A stretch of 64,000 nt of DNA from Patescibacteria group bacterium (GTDB lineage Bacteria > Patescibacteriota > Patescibacteriia > GWA2-46-9). The number at the start of each line of letters is the position of its first letter. The first letter of the stretch is position 1. Location of the stretch: NCBI GenBank assembly GCA_041675205.1, contig JBAYUF010000001.1, positions 148,863 through 212,862 of the forward strand, read 5' to 3'. The position numbers and the translations under genes were made by a program. Positions 1 to 8,683 of the stretch are shown one piece after another. The notes under the pieces are model-generated. The model saw nothing but the letters and a program-made list of their open reading frames with translations, was not told the DNA's origin and searched no databases.

Positions 1-281
1 TTATCGCGACCCCTACCGCGCCACACGTCGCCTTTCCAATTGGTGAACAAAGTAATGACCCGCTGAAGATGTACTTGGAAGATATTTTTATGAGCCCAGC
101 GTCACTTGCCGGGTTGCCCGCCATTTCGCTGCCAATGGGACTTGTCGCAGGTGGTGATGGCGTTCGTTTGCCAATCGGGTTGCAGCTTATCAGTCGACGA
201 TTTGACGAAGCTGGATTATTTGCGGGGAGTGCGGTATTGGAAAAACAGTTGCCAGCCACCGGTCGTCCGACACTTGGCTAA
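1..281 (+). CDS. gatA: Glu-tRNA(Gln) amidotransferase subunit A, C-terminal fragment (5' end outside window)
   Basis: ORF open to the window edge in the frame of 69..281. C-terminal motif [10 protein letters not shown]...GLPIGLQLI is typical of GatA amidase C-termini. Confidence 0.55.
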   Translation, partial: IATPTAPHVAFPIGEQSNDPLKMYLEDIFMSPASLAGLPAISLPMGLVAGGDGVRLPIGLQLISRRFDEAGLFAGSAVLEKQLPATGRPTLG

Positions 282-284
282 CGT

Positions 285-713
285 ATGCCAAAGGTCGCGA
301 TTGTAATCTTCGTACTTTTTGCCATAGCTTTCATATTTTTACTTTTCAAGCGGTGGCTGGTTCGAAAACTTCGTTCGCGAGAATTCTCACTTACTGACAA
401 AAAAGCCTGGGCAGAAAAATGGGCGAGCATTGAAGCACTTGTTGACCAGGGTGAAACGCATTGGTCAATCGCAGTGATTGAGGCAGATAAGTTGTTTGAC
501 CGAGTACTGAAAGCAAAGTCGCTGCCGGGAAAAGACATGGGGGAGCGTTTACGGTTTTTAACCCGCAGCAAGCCGCAACTACGTTATGTGTGGCCAGCTC
601 ATTTGACTCGAAATCGTTTAGTACACGAAGCGAACTACCAGCCTGACAGGGGAACAGCTCGCCGAGCTGTGCACACATTTGGTAAAGCGCTTCGCGAACT
701 CGGCGTGCTATAA
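285..713 (+). CDS. hypothetical protein with N-terminal TM helix and HEPN-like T-R-N-R-L-V-H-E motif
   Basis: 142-aa ORF with a hydrophobic N-terminus (VAIVIFVLFAIAFIFLLF). The C-terminal segment LTRNRLVHEANY matches the R-x4-H signature of Swt1-type HEPN domains. Confidence 0.45.
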   Translation: MPKVAIVIFVLFAIAFIFLLFKRWLVRKLRSREFSLTDKKAWAEKWASIEALVDQGETHWSIAVIEADKLFDRVLKAKSLPGKDMGERLRFLTRSKPQLRYVWPAHLTRNRLVHEANYQPDRGTARRAVHTFGKALRELGVL

Positions 714-720
714 TCAGGTA

Positions 721-1707
721 ATGGCAGTTATATACGACACTATAATCATTGGCGGTGGTCCGGCGGCGACGGGTGCTGGGGTGTATGCGGCTCGAAAGCG
801 TATGAAGACGTTACTGCTTACTGAGTCGTTCGGTGGTCAGTCGATTGTTTCGGACGATATTCAAAACTGGATTGGTGAGCCACACGTGTCTGGTATTGAG
901 CTGATGCAAAAGTTGAAAGCTCATCTCAGCGCCTACGCTGATGTTCTTGAAATTAAAGAAGGGGTGCGCGCCACCGAAGTTGTGAAAATAAAGTGTCGAG
1001 AGAATCGCATATGCGACTTTGTTGTTACGACGACGAATGGCACAAAGTACACAACAAAAACCGTCATTGTTACGACTGGTGCGAGGCGGCGGATGCTTGG
1101 GGTGCCGGGTGAAGCAAAACTGAACGGGAAGGGTGTGGCATACTGTTCAACGTGCGATGCGCCGCTCTTTAAAGGTAAAACCGTCGCTGTTGTTGGTGGC
1201 GGGAATGCTGGGTTAGAAGCGGTTGAGGATTTGTTTCCCTATGCGGAAAAAGTTTATTTACTCGTGCATGGCGATGCACCAACGGGCGACCCCGTAGTGT
1301 ACGCGAAAGTGAAGGGCAATGAGAAATTGAGTATTTTAACAAATGCTGAAATAAAAAAAGTGTCCGGTGATACATTTTTAACCTCGATTACCTATACCGT
1401 TGACGGTGCGAAAGAAGAACGTGAATTGCCCGTGTCCGGATTATTTATTGAAATTGGTTCTGTTCCGAATTCAGAGCCGGTGGCTAGTTTAGTTGACCTC
1501 GACAAGGCCAAACAAGTAGTGGTGAATCCTCGTACCTGCGCTACATCCCAAGCTGGTATTTTTTCGGCCGGAGACGTAACTGATGACCCATTCAAACAAA
1601 ATAATATTTCTGCCGGGGACGGCGTGAAAGCAGCACTTTCTGCCTACTATTACCTCATGGAGCAAGAACGGGCGAACCCGATGCTTGAAAGTGCTGACGC
1701 GAGGTAA
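721..1707 (+). CDS. trxB: thioredoxin-disulfide reductase
   Basis: FAD motif IIIGGGPAATGAGVYAARK, redox-active CSTCD, NAD(P) motif VAVVGGGNAGLEA and C-terminal GIFSAGDV. ATG at 721. Confidence 0.85.
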   Translation: MAVIYDTIIIGGGPAATGAGVYAARKRMKTLLLTESFGGQSIVSDDIQNWIGEPHVSGIELMQKLKAHLSAYADVLEIKEGVRATEVVKIKCRENRICDFVVTTTNGTKYTTKTVIVTTGARRRMLGVPGEAKLNGKGVAYCSTCDAPLFKGKTVAVVGGGNAGLEAVEDLFPYAEKVYLLVHGDAPTGDPVVYAKVKGNEKLSILTNAEIKKVSGDTFLTSITYTVDGAKEERELPVSGLFIEIGSVPNSEPVASLVDLDKAKQVVVNPRTCATSQAGIFSAGDVTDDPFKQNNISAGDGVKAALSAYYYLMEQERANPMLESADAR

Positions 1708-1814
1708 AGCTATTTGACACACCAGCTTACCCGCCGTTAAATAAAGAAGTCAGTTCCACAACTTCATCAAGGGGGAGGGCTTTTGGAGTCGCTCTTTCAC
1801 AGGAGGAACGAGTC

Positions 1815-2387
1815 ATGGATGGTTTGGAGCTTGTCGTGCGGTTGGACTACCAGTCGCCGCCGTTGGTGGCGCACTTGCGTGAGACGGGTATGACTGCCCA
1901 CATCATTCGTGGAGGTACGATTATTCATCTCGAGTCTGTGATTTCCGGATATCGAGTGCCTGAGCTTTTGGAGAGCCAGTTGCAGCGAGACACGGGGACC
2001 ATCCGGCTTCAAATCCCTGAACGGGGTGGCAAAGACGTTGGCTTCGGCACTATCGTCTGCGGCCTGAGCGGCTGCAAGATACGGCCGTATTGGTCGTCTG
2101 CGTTTCCCAAAGTGTGCGGTGAACACGCTCGCTTCACTGGTTCAAAGGGCCTCATCACCGTGACGTACCGGCCCAAAAGGAGGTGTTGGACAATCTCTCG
2201 TTACCTGGTGAAACGTACCGGAAATCTCGCCGAGGTGCTGCCCTCGATTCTCTGGCAGGGGTGCGAAGAGGTGATGCCAAGCCACGTGTGGGAACTTTTC
2301 GGTGCGGCATGTGTCGCAGCGCAACAGAAGGCGGAGTGCCCGCGTTGTGTGCACGCGCATTTCGCGCTTCCATTCCGGCACCATTGA
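1815..2387 (+). CDS. hypothetical Cys-rich protein (GC-rich)
   Basis: AGGAGG 7 nt upstream of ATG 1815. Followed by a strong hairpin at 2402-2431. No recognisable family. Confidence 0.4.
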   Translation: MDGLELVVRLDYQSPPLVAHLRETGMTAHIIRGGTIIHLESVISGYRVPELLESQLQRDTGTIRLQIPERGGKDVGFGTIVCGLSGCKIRPYWSSAFPKVCGEHARFTGSKGLITVTYRPKRRCWTISRYLVKRTGNLAEVLPSILWQGCEEVMPSHVWELFGAACVAAQQKAECPRCVHAHFALPFRHH

Positions 2388-2401
2388 GGTGAAATTTTCT
2401 C

Positions 2402-2431
2402 GTGGGGCGGTTGCAACAGCAGCCGCCCCAC
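2402..2431. terminator. bidirectional stem-loop terminator
   Basis: GTGGGGCGG-ttgcaacagcag-CCGCCCCAC, a perfect 9-bp GC stem between convergent genes. Confidence 0.5.
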
Positions 2432-2462
2432 GCCCGTTAATTTGATAAAGAAAAGCGCCGCC

Positions 2463-2739
2463 TCACGGTGGGAGAGGCGGCGACTTCTGGAAGTACTTGC
2501 TGCGGTCCACCCACATGAGAGCGGCGACCCCGAGAACGGCGATTGCGCCGTCAAGCAAGTACATTGTCTTGTAGCCGGCGATGGTGTAAGGAACCAGGCC
2601 GGCGAACGAAAGGATTAGGAGGACGAAGGCGACAAGTGCGCCTCCAACTGCGGCCTTTGATCGTCTGAGTGCCCTCCAGTTGATTCGAATCTTCTTGCGC
2701 CGCCGCCGAGGCCGAGCCGTACGTTTTTTGTTCTTCACG
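2463..2739 (-). CDS. small membrane protein with Arg/Lys-rich N-terminus
   Basis: GTG start preceded by GGAGG (reverse strand 2737-2752). Basic N-terminal stretch then two hydrophobic helices. Confidence 0.4.
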
Positions 2740-2931
2740 GTGAACCTCCAAGCCGTTGTGGCGAACAAACCTTACGCCTGGCAAAGGGGATGGGTCAAGC
2801 AGTGCCTTGCTTCATAAACCTTGAAAACGTATCCTTCGACTACGTTCAGGATAAATAGTGAGCAAGCATACCTCTCTGTTCACTGATTGTGCGTATTTCT
2901 GGTATGATGCGGCAGTCCCAATCTTGAGATT

Positions 2932-2996
2932 TTGGAGAGGTCGCATATCCCTTCACAGGGACTTCCTTGTTGGTCGGTGGTCTAGCGCACTCGATT
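2932..2996 (+). pseudogene. tRNA-Ser 5' fragment copy (degenerate, with ~30-nt insertion)
   Basis: ttttGGAGAGGTCGCATA is identical to the 5' acceptor/D-arm of the tRNA at 3066. It resumes GGTGGTCTAGCGCACTCG (tRNA has AGTGGTCTAGTGCGCTCG) after an inserted hairpin. No anticodon or T-arm follows. Confidence 0.4.
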
Positions 2997-3065
2997 GTTG
3001 AAAATCCTGTCATTCATAGTTATTAAATAATAAGGACGGGAGAAAGCGTTCATTGTATTTTTGGC

Positions 3066-3154
<89 letters not shown>

Positions 3155-3249
3155 AAATAGAATGCATACCGCAAGGTATCAGAGGTGGAGATTTATGGTG
3201 AGTGGGGTGAATCAGTTTCACTCTTGGCGTAAAAGTCGATATTTAAAAT

Positions 3250-4338
3250 ATGAAATTTGAAGGCGCGCCACAATTTAAGCCAGAAGAAAAATTACAGGAA
3301 CGCTTGCAGGCGCAAGTGGAAGTTTTTGCCGACAAAGGCGTAGAAAACTTTACAGAAGAGCAAGCTAAAATACTAAAATATTCTGCCGAACTTTCTAAAA
3401 TAAAAGATTTAAACAACTTACCACCGGATTTGCCGGAAGAGCTTGTTGCTCTAATTCAAAAACATAAAGACACTTATGTAAATTTCTTGCGCCAAGAAAG
3501 AAAATTGGAAACCTCTTTCATTGAAGAAAATATCAAAACGTATAAGGAGAAGTTTCAACCAGTAATCGCCGAATTGAAGGCAAAAATGGCGCATGGAAAT
3601 TTCAAAGAACTTCCTGAATATCTTGGTTCTGGAAGCAATGGCTCAGCCTTTCGAATTGAGGTGGATGGCAAAACGTACGCCGCGAAATTCTCAAAAAGTA
3701 TTACTCAAGTAAATTTTGAGATCAAGCCACTTCTTCGAGCAGAGGGTATTCCACACACTTCCCAGCTTGTCAGCTATTCTTTTGACGATGGCGTGGTGAT
3801 TATGGAGCTATTGGAAGGAACGGAGGTAGCAAATTTTACACCAGAAGAAGCACCAGAATATTCTGACGAACACATAATTCAACTCATTGACACGGTGCGA
3901 GAACTCGACGCGAAAGGACTTGTTATTGACCCGAAGGCGTCTAATTTTATGTATGACCCGGAGCAAGGGTTTTCTGTTTTGGACTACCATTTAAAAACTG
4001 CTGGTAGTAGATACGGACTTCCGCAAGAAATAATTAGCTTGAGAATTGCTCTTACGGCAAGAAAATTTGAAACACTTGACTACAAAGCTCCCGATTTCGA
4101 GGAAAAAGAAAAAGCACAGTCAATAGAACGAAATAAAATTTATTTGCCGTTAATGGTTCGTCTGTTCGGTATTCTAAAAGAAAAATATCCTGATATTCTT
4201 GCAGAGTGGCAAAGACAGCAGGATGAAGATAAGAAAAATCCGAATATGTCAGTTCCCGATTTGATTGACAGAAGATATATTTCACAAAATCCTGAGTTAG
4301 AACCTCATATTAAAAAATTAGAGGAAATGGGTTTTTAA
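3250..4338 (+). CDS. eukaryotic-like (atypical) protein kinase domain protein with N-terminal coiled-coil region
   Basis: Gly-rich loop LGSGSNGSAF, lysine in YAAKFSK, catalytic-loop-like IDPKASNF (D-x-K-x-x-N), and VLDY in the DFG position. AT-rich. Confidence 0.55.
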   Translation: MKFEGAPQFKPEEKLQERLQAQVEVFADKGVENFTEEQAKILKYSAELSKIKDLNNLPPDLPEELVALIQKHKDTYVNFLRQERKLETSFIEENIKTYKEKFQPVIAELKAKMAHGNFKELPEYLGSGSNGSAFRIEVDGKTYAAKFSKSITQVNFEIKPLLRAEGIPHTSQLVSYSFDDGVVIMELLEGTEVANFTPEEAPEYSDEHIIQLIDTVRELDAKGLVIDPKASNFMYDPEQGFSVLDYHLKTAGSRYGLPQEIISLRIALTARKFETLDYKAPDFEEKEKAQSIERNKIYLPLMVRLFGILKEKYPDILAEWQRQQDEDKKNPNMSVPDLIDRRYISQNPELEPHIKKLEEMGF

Positions 4339-4352
4339 GATGTTAGATTTAT

Positions 4353-4808
4353 ATGATTCTTTACCACGGCTCTCGACATAGAGTAGATAAGCTAGAAAGA
4401 CGTCAGGCGCAGGCTGCTGATGGTCTTACTGTTCCAGAGGGAGAACTACTCGAGGCAATATATCTCACCCCGGATCGTGGTTTTGCAATTGCTATGGCAG
4501 CGCGACCCGATGGGCTAACAGAGATTAATGATGAAGAACACAAGATTCATTTTGAGCATCCCGAATTGTTTAACCCAGAGCAAGAGATTTTTCTTTATGC
4601 TATTGCTGCTGAATCCTTAAACGGCGGAAGAATCGAGAAAATTGACGAAAGGCAATACGCAATACTGGATGCCAAAGAAATTATTCCGAGTGCAGTCGAA
4701 GAGCTTCGGGCAGGAGAAGTCGAGAAATACTACGAACTTACAAATTGGAAAAGAGAAAGCGAAAAGGATATAAATAGTGAGATGCGTAATAGTGATTCTC
4801 GAAGATAA
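4353..4808 (+). CDS. hypothetical 151-aa protein; possible minimal PARP/DarT-like ADP-ribosyltransferase fold
   Basis: N-terminal ILYHGSRHR (compare PARP LLWHGSR). AIYLTPD (compare GIYFAD). EIFLY (compare NEYIVY). Starts 15 nt after the kinase-like gene. Confidence 0.35.
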   Translation: MILYHGSRHRVDKLERRQAQAADGLTVPEGELLEAIYLTPDRGFAIAMAARPDGLTEINDEEHKIHFEHPELFNPEQEIFLYAIAAESLNGGRIEKIDERQYAILDAKEIIPSAVEELRAGEVEKYYELTNWKRESEKDINSEMRNSDSRR

Positions 4809-4934
4809 GATATTGACCCAGGTCCGCAAATTCTTGTTTGGCCCAATTGCTTGAAATTTCGTACAATATGCTTACTACAGTAATGCCCGACCTTGGTAGT
4901 CCGAGGAATTTCCTTACTAGCATGGAAAAAATAA

Positions 4935-5162
4935 ATGAAAACTATGGCAAAAAATCTAATAACAATATCGTATCTAACAAAAAATATCTCAACAGTAATC
5001 GGCTTAGTTTTGATTTGGCGCGGTATTTGGTATGTGCTAGATGAGCTAGATATGCTGTTTTTTGATGGTGGTCACATTTGGACCACGGTAGTGGGCATCA
5101 TTGTTGGTTTCCTCATTCTATATATACCAGATAAAGATTTGAAAGAAATTGAAAAAATGTAA
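4935..5162 (+). CDS. small membrane protein (2 TM)
   Basis: 75-aa ORF with two hydrophobic helices. AT-rich island. Confidence 0.4.
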   Translation: MKTMAKNLITISYLTKNISTVIGLVLIWRGIWYVLDELDMLFFDGGHIWTTVVGIIVGFLILYIPDKDLKEIEKM

Positions 5163-5204
5163 TGAAATTGCGAACGACATTGAAATAGAGGACTTGCAAG
5201 TTGC

Positions 5205-5558
5205 ATGATAGTGAATCAGAAAATTCGGGGTGGCATACTAACCACTATTGGCTATATACTTTCACCGCTCTCGTGGTGGAATGATTTGCTTATCAATATT
5301 CCGTTGGCGTATGCATTTGCATTTCCATTCGGACTTATATCGAGAGATTTATTTCTTCCAATGATGGTTTTGGGTTATTGGATAACAAACGTTGTTGGTT
5401 TTATCTTGATGCATCACGGGGTTAAGGACATCCTCTCGAAAGAGGAAGGCAGCTATACACGTAAGGAATTAGTAAAAGATTTTGCTTTTTCACTTGCCTA
5501 CACCGTACTCGTTGTTGCCCTTGTTGCAATAGGCTGGCTAAAATTTCCTTTGGAATAG
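5205..5558 (+). CDS. membrane protein (3-4 TM), unknown function
   Basis: 117-aa hydrophobic ORF. AT-rich island. Confidence 0.45.
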   Translation: MIVNQKIRGGILTTIGYILSPLSWWNDLLINIPLAYAFAFPFGLISRDLFLPMMVLGYWITNVVGFILMHHGVKDILSKEEGSYTRKELVKDFAFSLAYTVLVVALVAIGWLKFPLE

Positions 5559-5594
5559 GTTAGCTAGCAGTAATATGGTTTTGATTTAAACAGT

Positions 5595-6071
5595 ATGGCT
5601 GATAGTAAAAAGTTTGATGAACTCATAGACAATGAGAAATACCAAGTTTTTTTATTCACCAGTTCCGGTAATATACCATTTCATTTTGCGGCTCATCCTT
5701 GGTTTGTGATTAATAATCGTGGCTTAATTTCTAGATGGGAAGTTCTTTTCAGAAAAATGTATCACGAGACGAATGGGGGGCATTTGTATAAAAATTTCTT
5801 TCCGCTATTTCAAGGAATTGAGGTAGTTCATTTTTCGCGCAAGAGTGTTTGGAAGGCAAAGTTGCTTGGTAGCATAGAGGGTGATACTGCGAAAAAAATG
5901 GTGTCGTTTATAGAGAATTCTTATTCCACGTATCCTTTTCGAGATAGGTATTTTTTGACTGGTCCAAACAGTAACACCTATCCGCAGTGGGTTCTTGATC
6001 ATTTTCCTGAGTTTGCAGTGAAATTACCGTGGAATGCCTTTGGTAAGAACTATGCACGCATGGTAAAATAA
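5595..6071 (+). CDS. hypothetical protein
   Basis: 158-aa ORF in the AT-rich island. Motifs HPWFVINNRG and WEVLF. No confident family. Confidence 0.45.
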   Translation: MADSKKFDELIDNEKYQVFLFTSSGNIPFHFAAHPWFVINNRGLISRWEVLFRKMYHETNGGHLYKNFFPLFQGIEVVHFSRKSVWKAKLLGSIEGDTAKKMVSFIENSYSTYPFRDRYFLTGPNSNTYPQWVLDHFPEFAVKLPWNAFGKNYARMVK

Positions 6072-6174
6072 AAAAAGAAAAAAATATGCTGCATAGTCAT
6101 CAAACAACAACCTGGTCTAGCTTCGTTAGCAATAACACCTCCTTTTGATAGAAGCGGGGGTCTATGATGCATTG

Positions 6175-6197
6175 TCCCGCTAACAGGCGGGTTTTTT
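6175..6197 (+). terminator. rho-independent terminator
   Basis: CCCGC-taacag-GCGGG followed by TTTTTTATTTTT. Confidence 0.5.
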
Positions 6198-6225
6198 ATT
6201 TTTACCATTTTCAATAGTCAATACT

Positions 6226-6864
6226 ATGATTACTCTCAGTGAACAGTCGTTTAAAAAATTACTTATAGCGTTAGCGTTGTATCTAACGTCGCTTTTCGCC
6301 GCCAATACGCTGGGGCTTAAGATTATGCCCTTTATTTTTGGTTCTCACTTGTCGGTTGGCGTGTTCTCTTTTCCGGTCGTATTCTTGATGACTGACGTTG
6401 TTGGTGAAGTGTACGGTAAGCGAATTGCCAAACTATTCGTGCTGGCGGGTTTAGTCAGCACACTACTTTTTATTGCGTATTCATTTCTATCCTTAGCGCT
6501 CCCATGGTCTGCTGAAGGCGAGTGGGCGAAGGAGGGGTACAATTTGATATTTGGCATTTCAGCTCGCATTGCCATTGCCTCAGTTGTGGCCTTTGCTATT
6601 GCTGAGTATCAGGACGTGTTTTCTTTTTTCTTGTTACGCGAAAAGTTTGGGGTACGGTTTTTCTGGTTGCGTTCTATGTTGTCAAACCTTTGGTCGCAGT
6701 TACTAGACACGGTAGTATTTATGGTCATTGCATTCGCCGGTGTGTATTCGACGGCCACGCTCATAAGTATCATTATTTCCTGGTGGCTTTTTAAAGTTGC
6801 TATGGGGGTATTGTATACGCCGCTTTCTTACGTCGGCATTTATCTTCTTCGAGAGGCGGAATAA
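6226..6864 (+). CDS. yhhQ: YhhQ/Vut_1 family transporter (queuosine-precursor/vitamin uptake family, COG1738)
   Basis: Six TM helices. Conserved FPVVFLMTDVVGEVYGKR and the C-terminal FKVAMGVLYTPL pattern typical of the DUF165/YhhQ family. Confidence 0.7.
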   Translation: MITLSEQSFKKLLIALALYLTSLFAANTLGLKIMPFIFGSHLSVGVFSFPVVFLMTDVVGEVYGKRIAKLFVLAGLVSTLLFIAYSFLSLALPWSAEGEWAKEGYNLIFGISARIAIASVVAFAIAEYQDVFSFFLLREKFGVRFFWLRSMLSNLWSQLLDTVVFMVIAFAGVYSTATLISIIISWWLFKVAMGVLYTPLSYVGIYLLREAE

Positions 6865-6898
6865 TAAACTACTGTGTTAGCAGCACCATTGTTAATGT

Positions 6899-7612
6899 AT
6901 GAATGAAATGTTTGTTAAAGCAATAAAAACTGGAATTTTTGAAGAAGGGGAGGATTTACTTGCCTTTATAATTCGTTACGTCAAAAGTATTCAGGATCAG
7001 TCCATCATTGTTGTCACTTCGAAGATTGTCGCTTTATCTGAAAACAGAACAGCGATTGTTCCCAATAAGAAAGCAAAAGAAAAGTTAATTCTTGGCGAAA
7101 GCCAATTCGCACTACCAACGAAACACGTATGGCTTACCGTCAAAGACGGTTTATTGATGGCCAACGCTGGAATTGATGAATCAAACGCAAATGGGAAATT
7201 GATACTGCTACCAAAAGATAGTTTCAAAGCCGCGCGATTGCTTCGTAAGAAATTGCTAGTGAAGTACAAAGTGAAAGAGCTCGGCGTGCTCATTACCGAC
7301 AGCCGCACTAGTCCGCTTCGCGCTGGCGTAACGGGCGTGGCACTTGGTTATGCCGGCTTTCGGGGTGTGAAAGATTATCGGGGCAAGCGGGATATTTTTG
7401 GTAGAATCGCCAAATATTCTCGAACTAATGTGGCGGATTGTTTGGCAACTGCCGCGGTGCTTGTAATGGGAGAAGGCAACGAACAACAGCCATTAGCGGT
7501 CATTAAAAAAAGTGGTATAGAGTTTTGTGATACCGTGAATCGTAAAGAGTTAGAAATTGCTATAAAAGATGATATGTATCGGCCATTGTTTTCGAAATTA
7601 CGGAAGAAGTAG
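6899..7612 (+). CDS. CofE-like protein (F420-0:gamma-glutamyl ligase family fold)
   Basis: VVTSKIVALSENR, ANAGIDESNANG, GVLITDSRTSPLRAGVTGVALGYAG. These are characteristic of the CofE/FbiB N-terminal family. Confidence 0.65.
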   Translation: MNEMFVKAIKTGIFEEGEDLLAFIIRYVKSIQDQSIIVVTSKIVALSENRTAIVPNKKAKEKLILGESQFALPTKHVWLTVKDGLLMANAGIDESNANGKLILLPKDSFKAARLLRKKLLVKYKVKELGVLITDSRTSPLRAGVTGVALGYAGFRGVKDYRGKRDIFGRIAKYSRTNVADCLATAAVLVMGEGNEQQPLAVIKKSGIEFCDTVNRKELEIAIKDDMYRPLFSKLRKK

Positions 7613-7619
7613 TAACTAT

Positions 7620-8639
7620 ATGACAACGAAAAAACCATTTGCGCCGCTTCTCGGTCAGGTGTTGCAAAAAATTGCACCTCGCATTGGCGCAAAAGTTGTG
7701 ATGGAGCCCGAGTGGAATGTTGTTGGGCAAATTATCTTTAAGAATGGTCGAAAGCGGTATTTTCGTTATTCCAGTCTTGACTTGAATTCTTTAGGTTCGT
7801 CTGAAGTAGCCAAAGATAAAGACTACGCTAATTTTTTTATGAAACGCATGGGGTACAAAATTATACCTCACAGCAAAACGTTTTACAGAGATGATTGGGG
7901 TAAGGCAATTGGTCAACCACGGCGGAACATTGCGGCGGCGCACAGGCATGCGCAGAAAATTGGTTTTCCTGTTGTGGTTAAACCAAACAGTGGTAGCCAG
8001 GGGTCTGGTGTGTCACTCGCGCACAATAAACAAGAATTTTATCGAGCCGTAAAAGCGGCGTTTACAAATGACCGCATTGTTCTTGTGCAGCCACAAGTGA
8101 AAGGGAAGGACTACCGTCTGGTGGTTCTCGATAAGCGAGTCATTTCTGCTTATGAACGGGAACCTATAAGCGTCGTTGGCAATGGAAAGGCAACCATCAT
8201 GCAGCTTATAAAGCTAAAGCAGCAAGAGTTTATTCTTGCAGGCCGCGACACGCAACTAAGGCCACATGACCCACGTATAAAAGAAAAACTAAAGCGTGAC
8301 GGCCTTACGTTTCGTTCAATTGTGCCGCGCGGCGAGCGCATTTATTTACTCAACAATGCAAACCTTTCAACGGGTGGAGATTCGGTAGACGTTACTGCTA
8401 TTGTTCACCCGAGCTTCAAAAAGCTCGCAGTACAATTAACTAAAGACATGGGGCTCCGACTTTGTGGCGTTGACCTTATGGTACGAGGCGACATTACCCA
8501 AAAACCAAATGAGTATTGGATTCTAGAAATTAATTCTGCACCCGGCCTCGACCACTACGTGCAAACTGGTAAGGCTCAAGAAAAAATTGTTGAAGCGTTG
8601 TATCTCGAGGTTTTAAAAAGTATGGAAAAGAGTGGGTAA
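7620..8639 (+). CDS. ATP-grasp domain ligase (RimK/CofF/glutathione-synthetase-like)
   Basis: PVVVKPNSGSQGSGVSL, DYRLVVLD, and the C-terminal ILEINSAPGL ATP-grasp signature. ATG at 7620, just after the CofE-like stop. Confidence 0.7.
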   Translation: MTTKKPFAPLLGQVLQKIAPRIGAKVVMEPEWNVVGQIIFKNGRKRYFRYSSLDLNSLGSSEVAKDKDYANFFMKRMGYKIIPHSKTFYRDDWGKAIGQPRRNIAAAHRHAQKIGFPVVVKPNSGSQGSGVSLAHNKQEFYRAVKAAFTNDRIVLVQPQVKGKDYRLVVLDKRVISAYEREPISVVGNGKATIMQLIKLKQQEFILAGRDTQLRPHDPRIKEKLKRDGLTFRSIVPRGERIYLLNNANLSTGGDSVDVTAIVHPSFKKLAVQLTKDMGLRLCGVDLMVRGDITQKPNEYWILEINSAPGLDHYVQTGKAQEKIVEALYLEVLKSMEKSG

Positions 8640-8683
8640 TTTTTTAAACTTTCCAAGTTTTCACATTCGAGCCAGAATACAAT

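Noticed and set aside
6100-6220. Search for a tRNA-Ser 3'-end direct repeat marking the distal end of the 3250-6100 islet
   Set aside because: No copy of the tRNA 3' terminus was found. Only a 9-nt TGGTCTAGC coincidence is present. The islet boundary is therefore defined only by composition and a terminator.
7569-7619. Upstream start for the ATP-grasp gene overlapping the CofE-like gene
   Set aside because: The ATG at 7620 follows the CofE-like stop directly. It gives an N-terminus (MTTKKPFAPLLGQV) without the odd Cys/His-rich extension.
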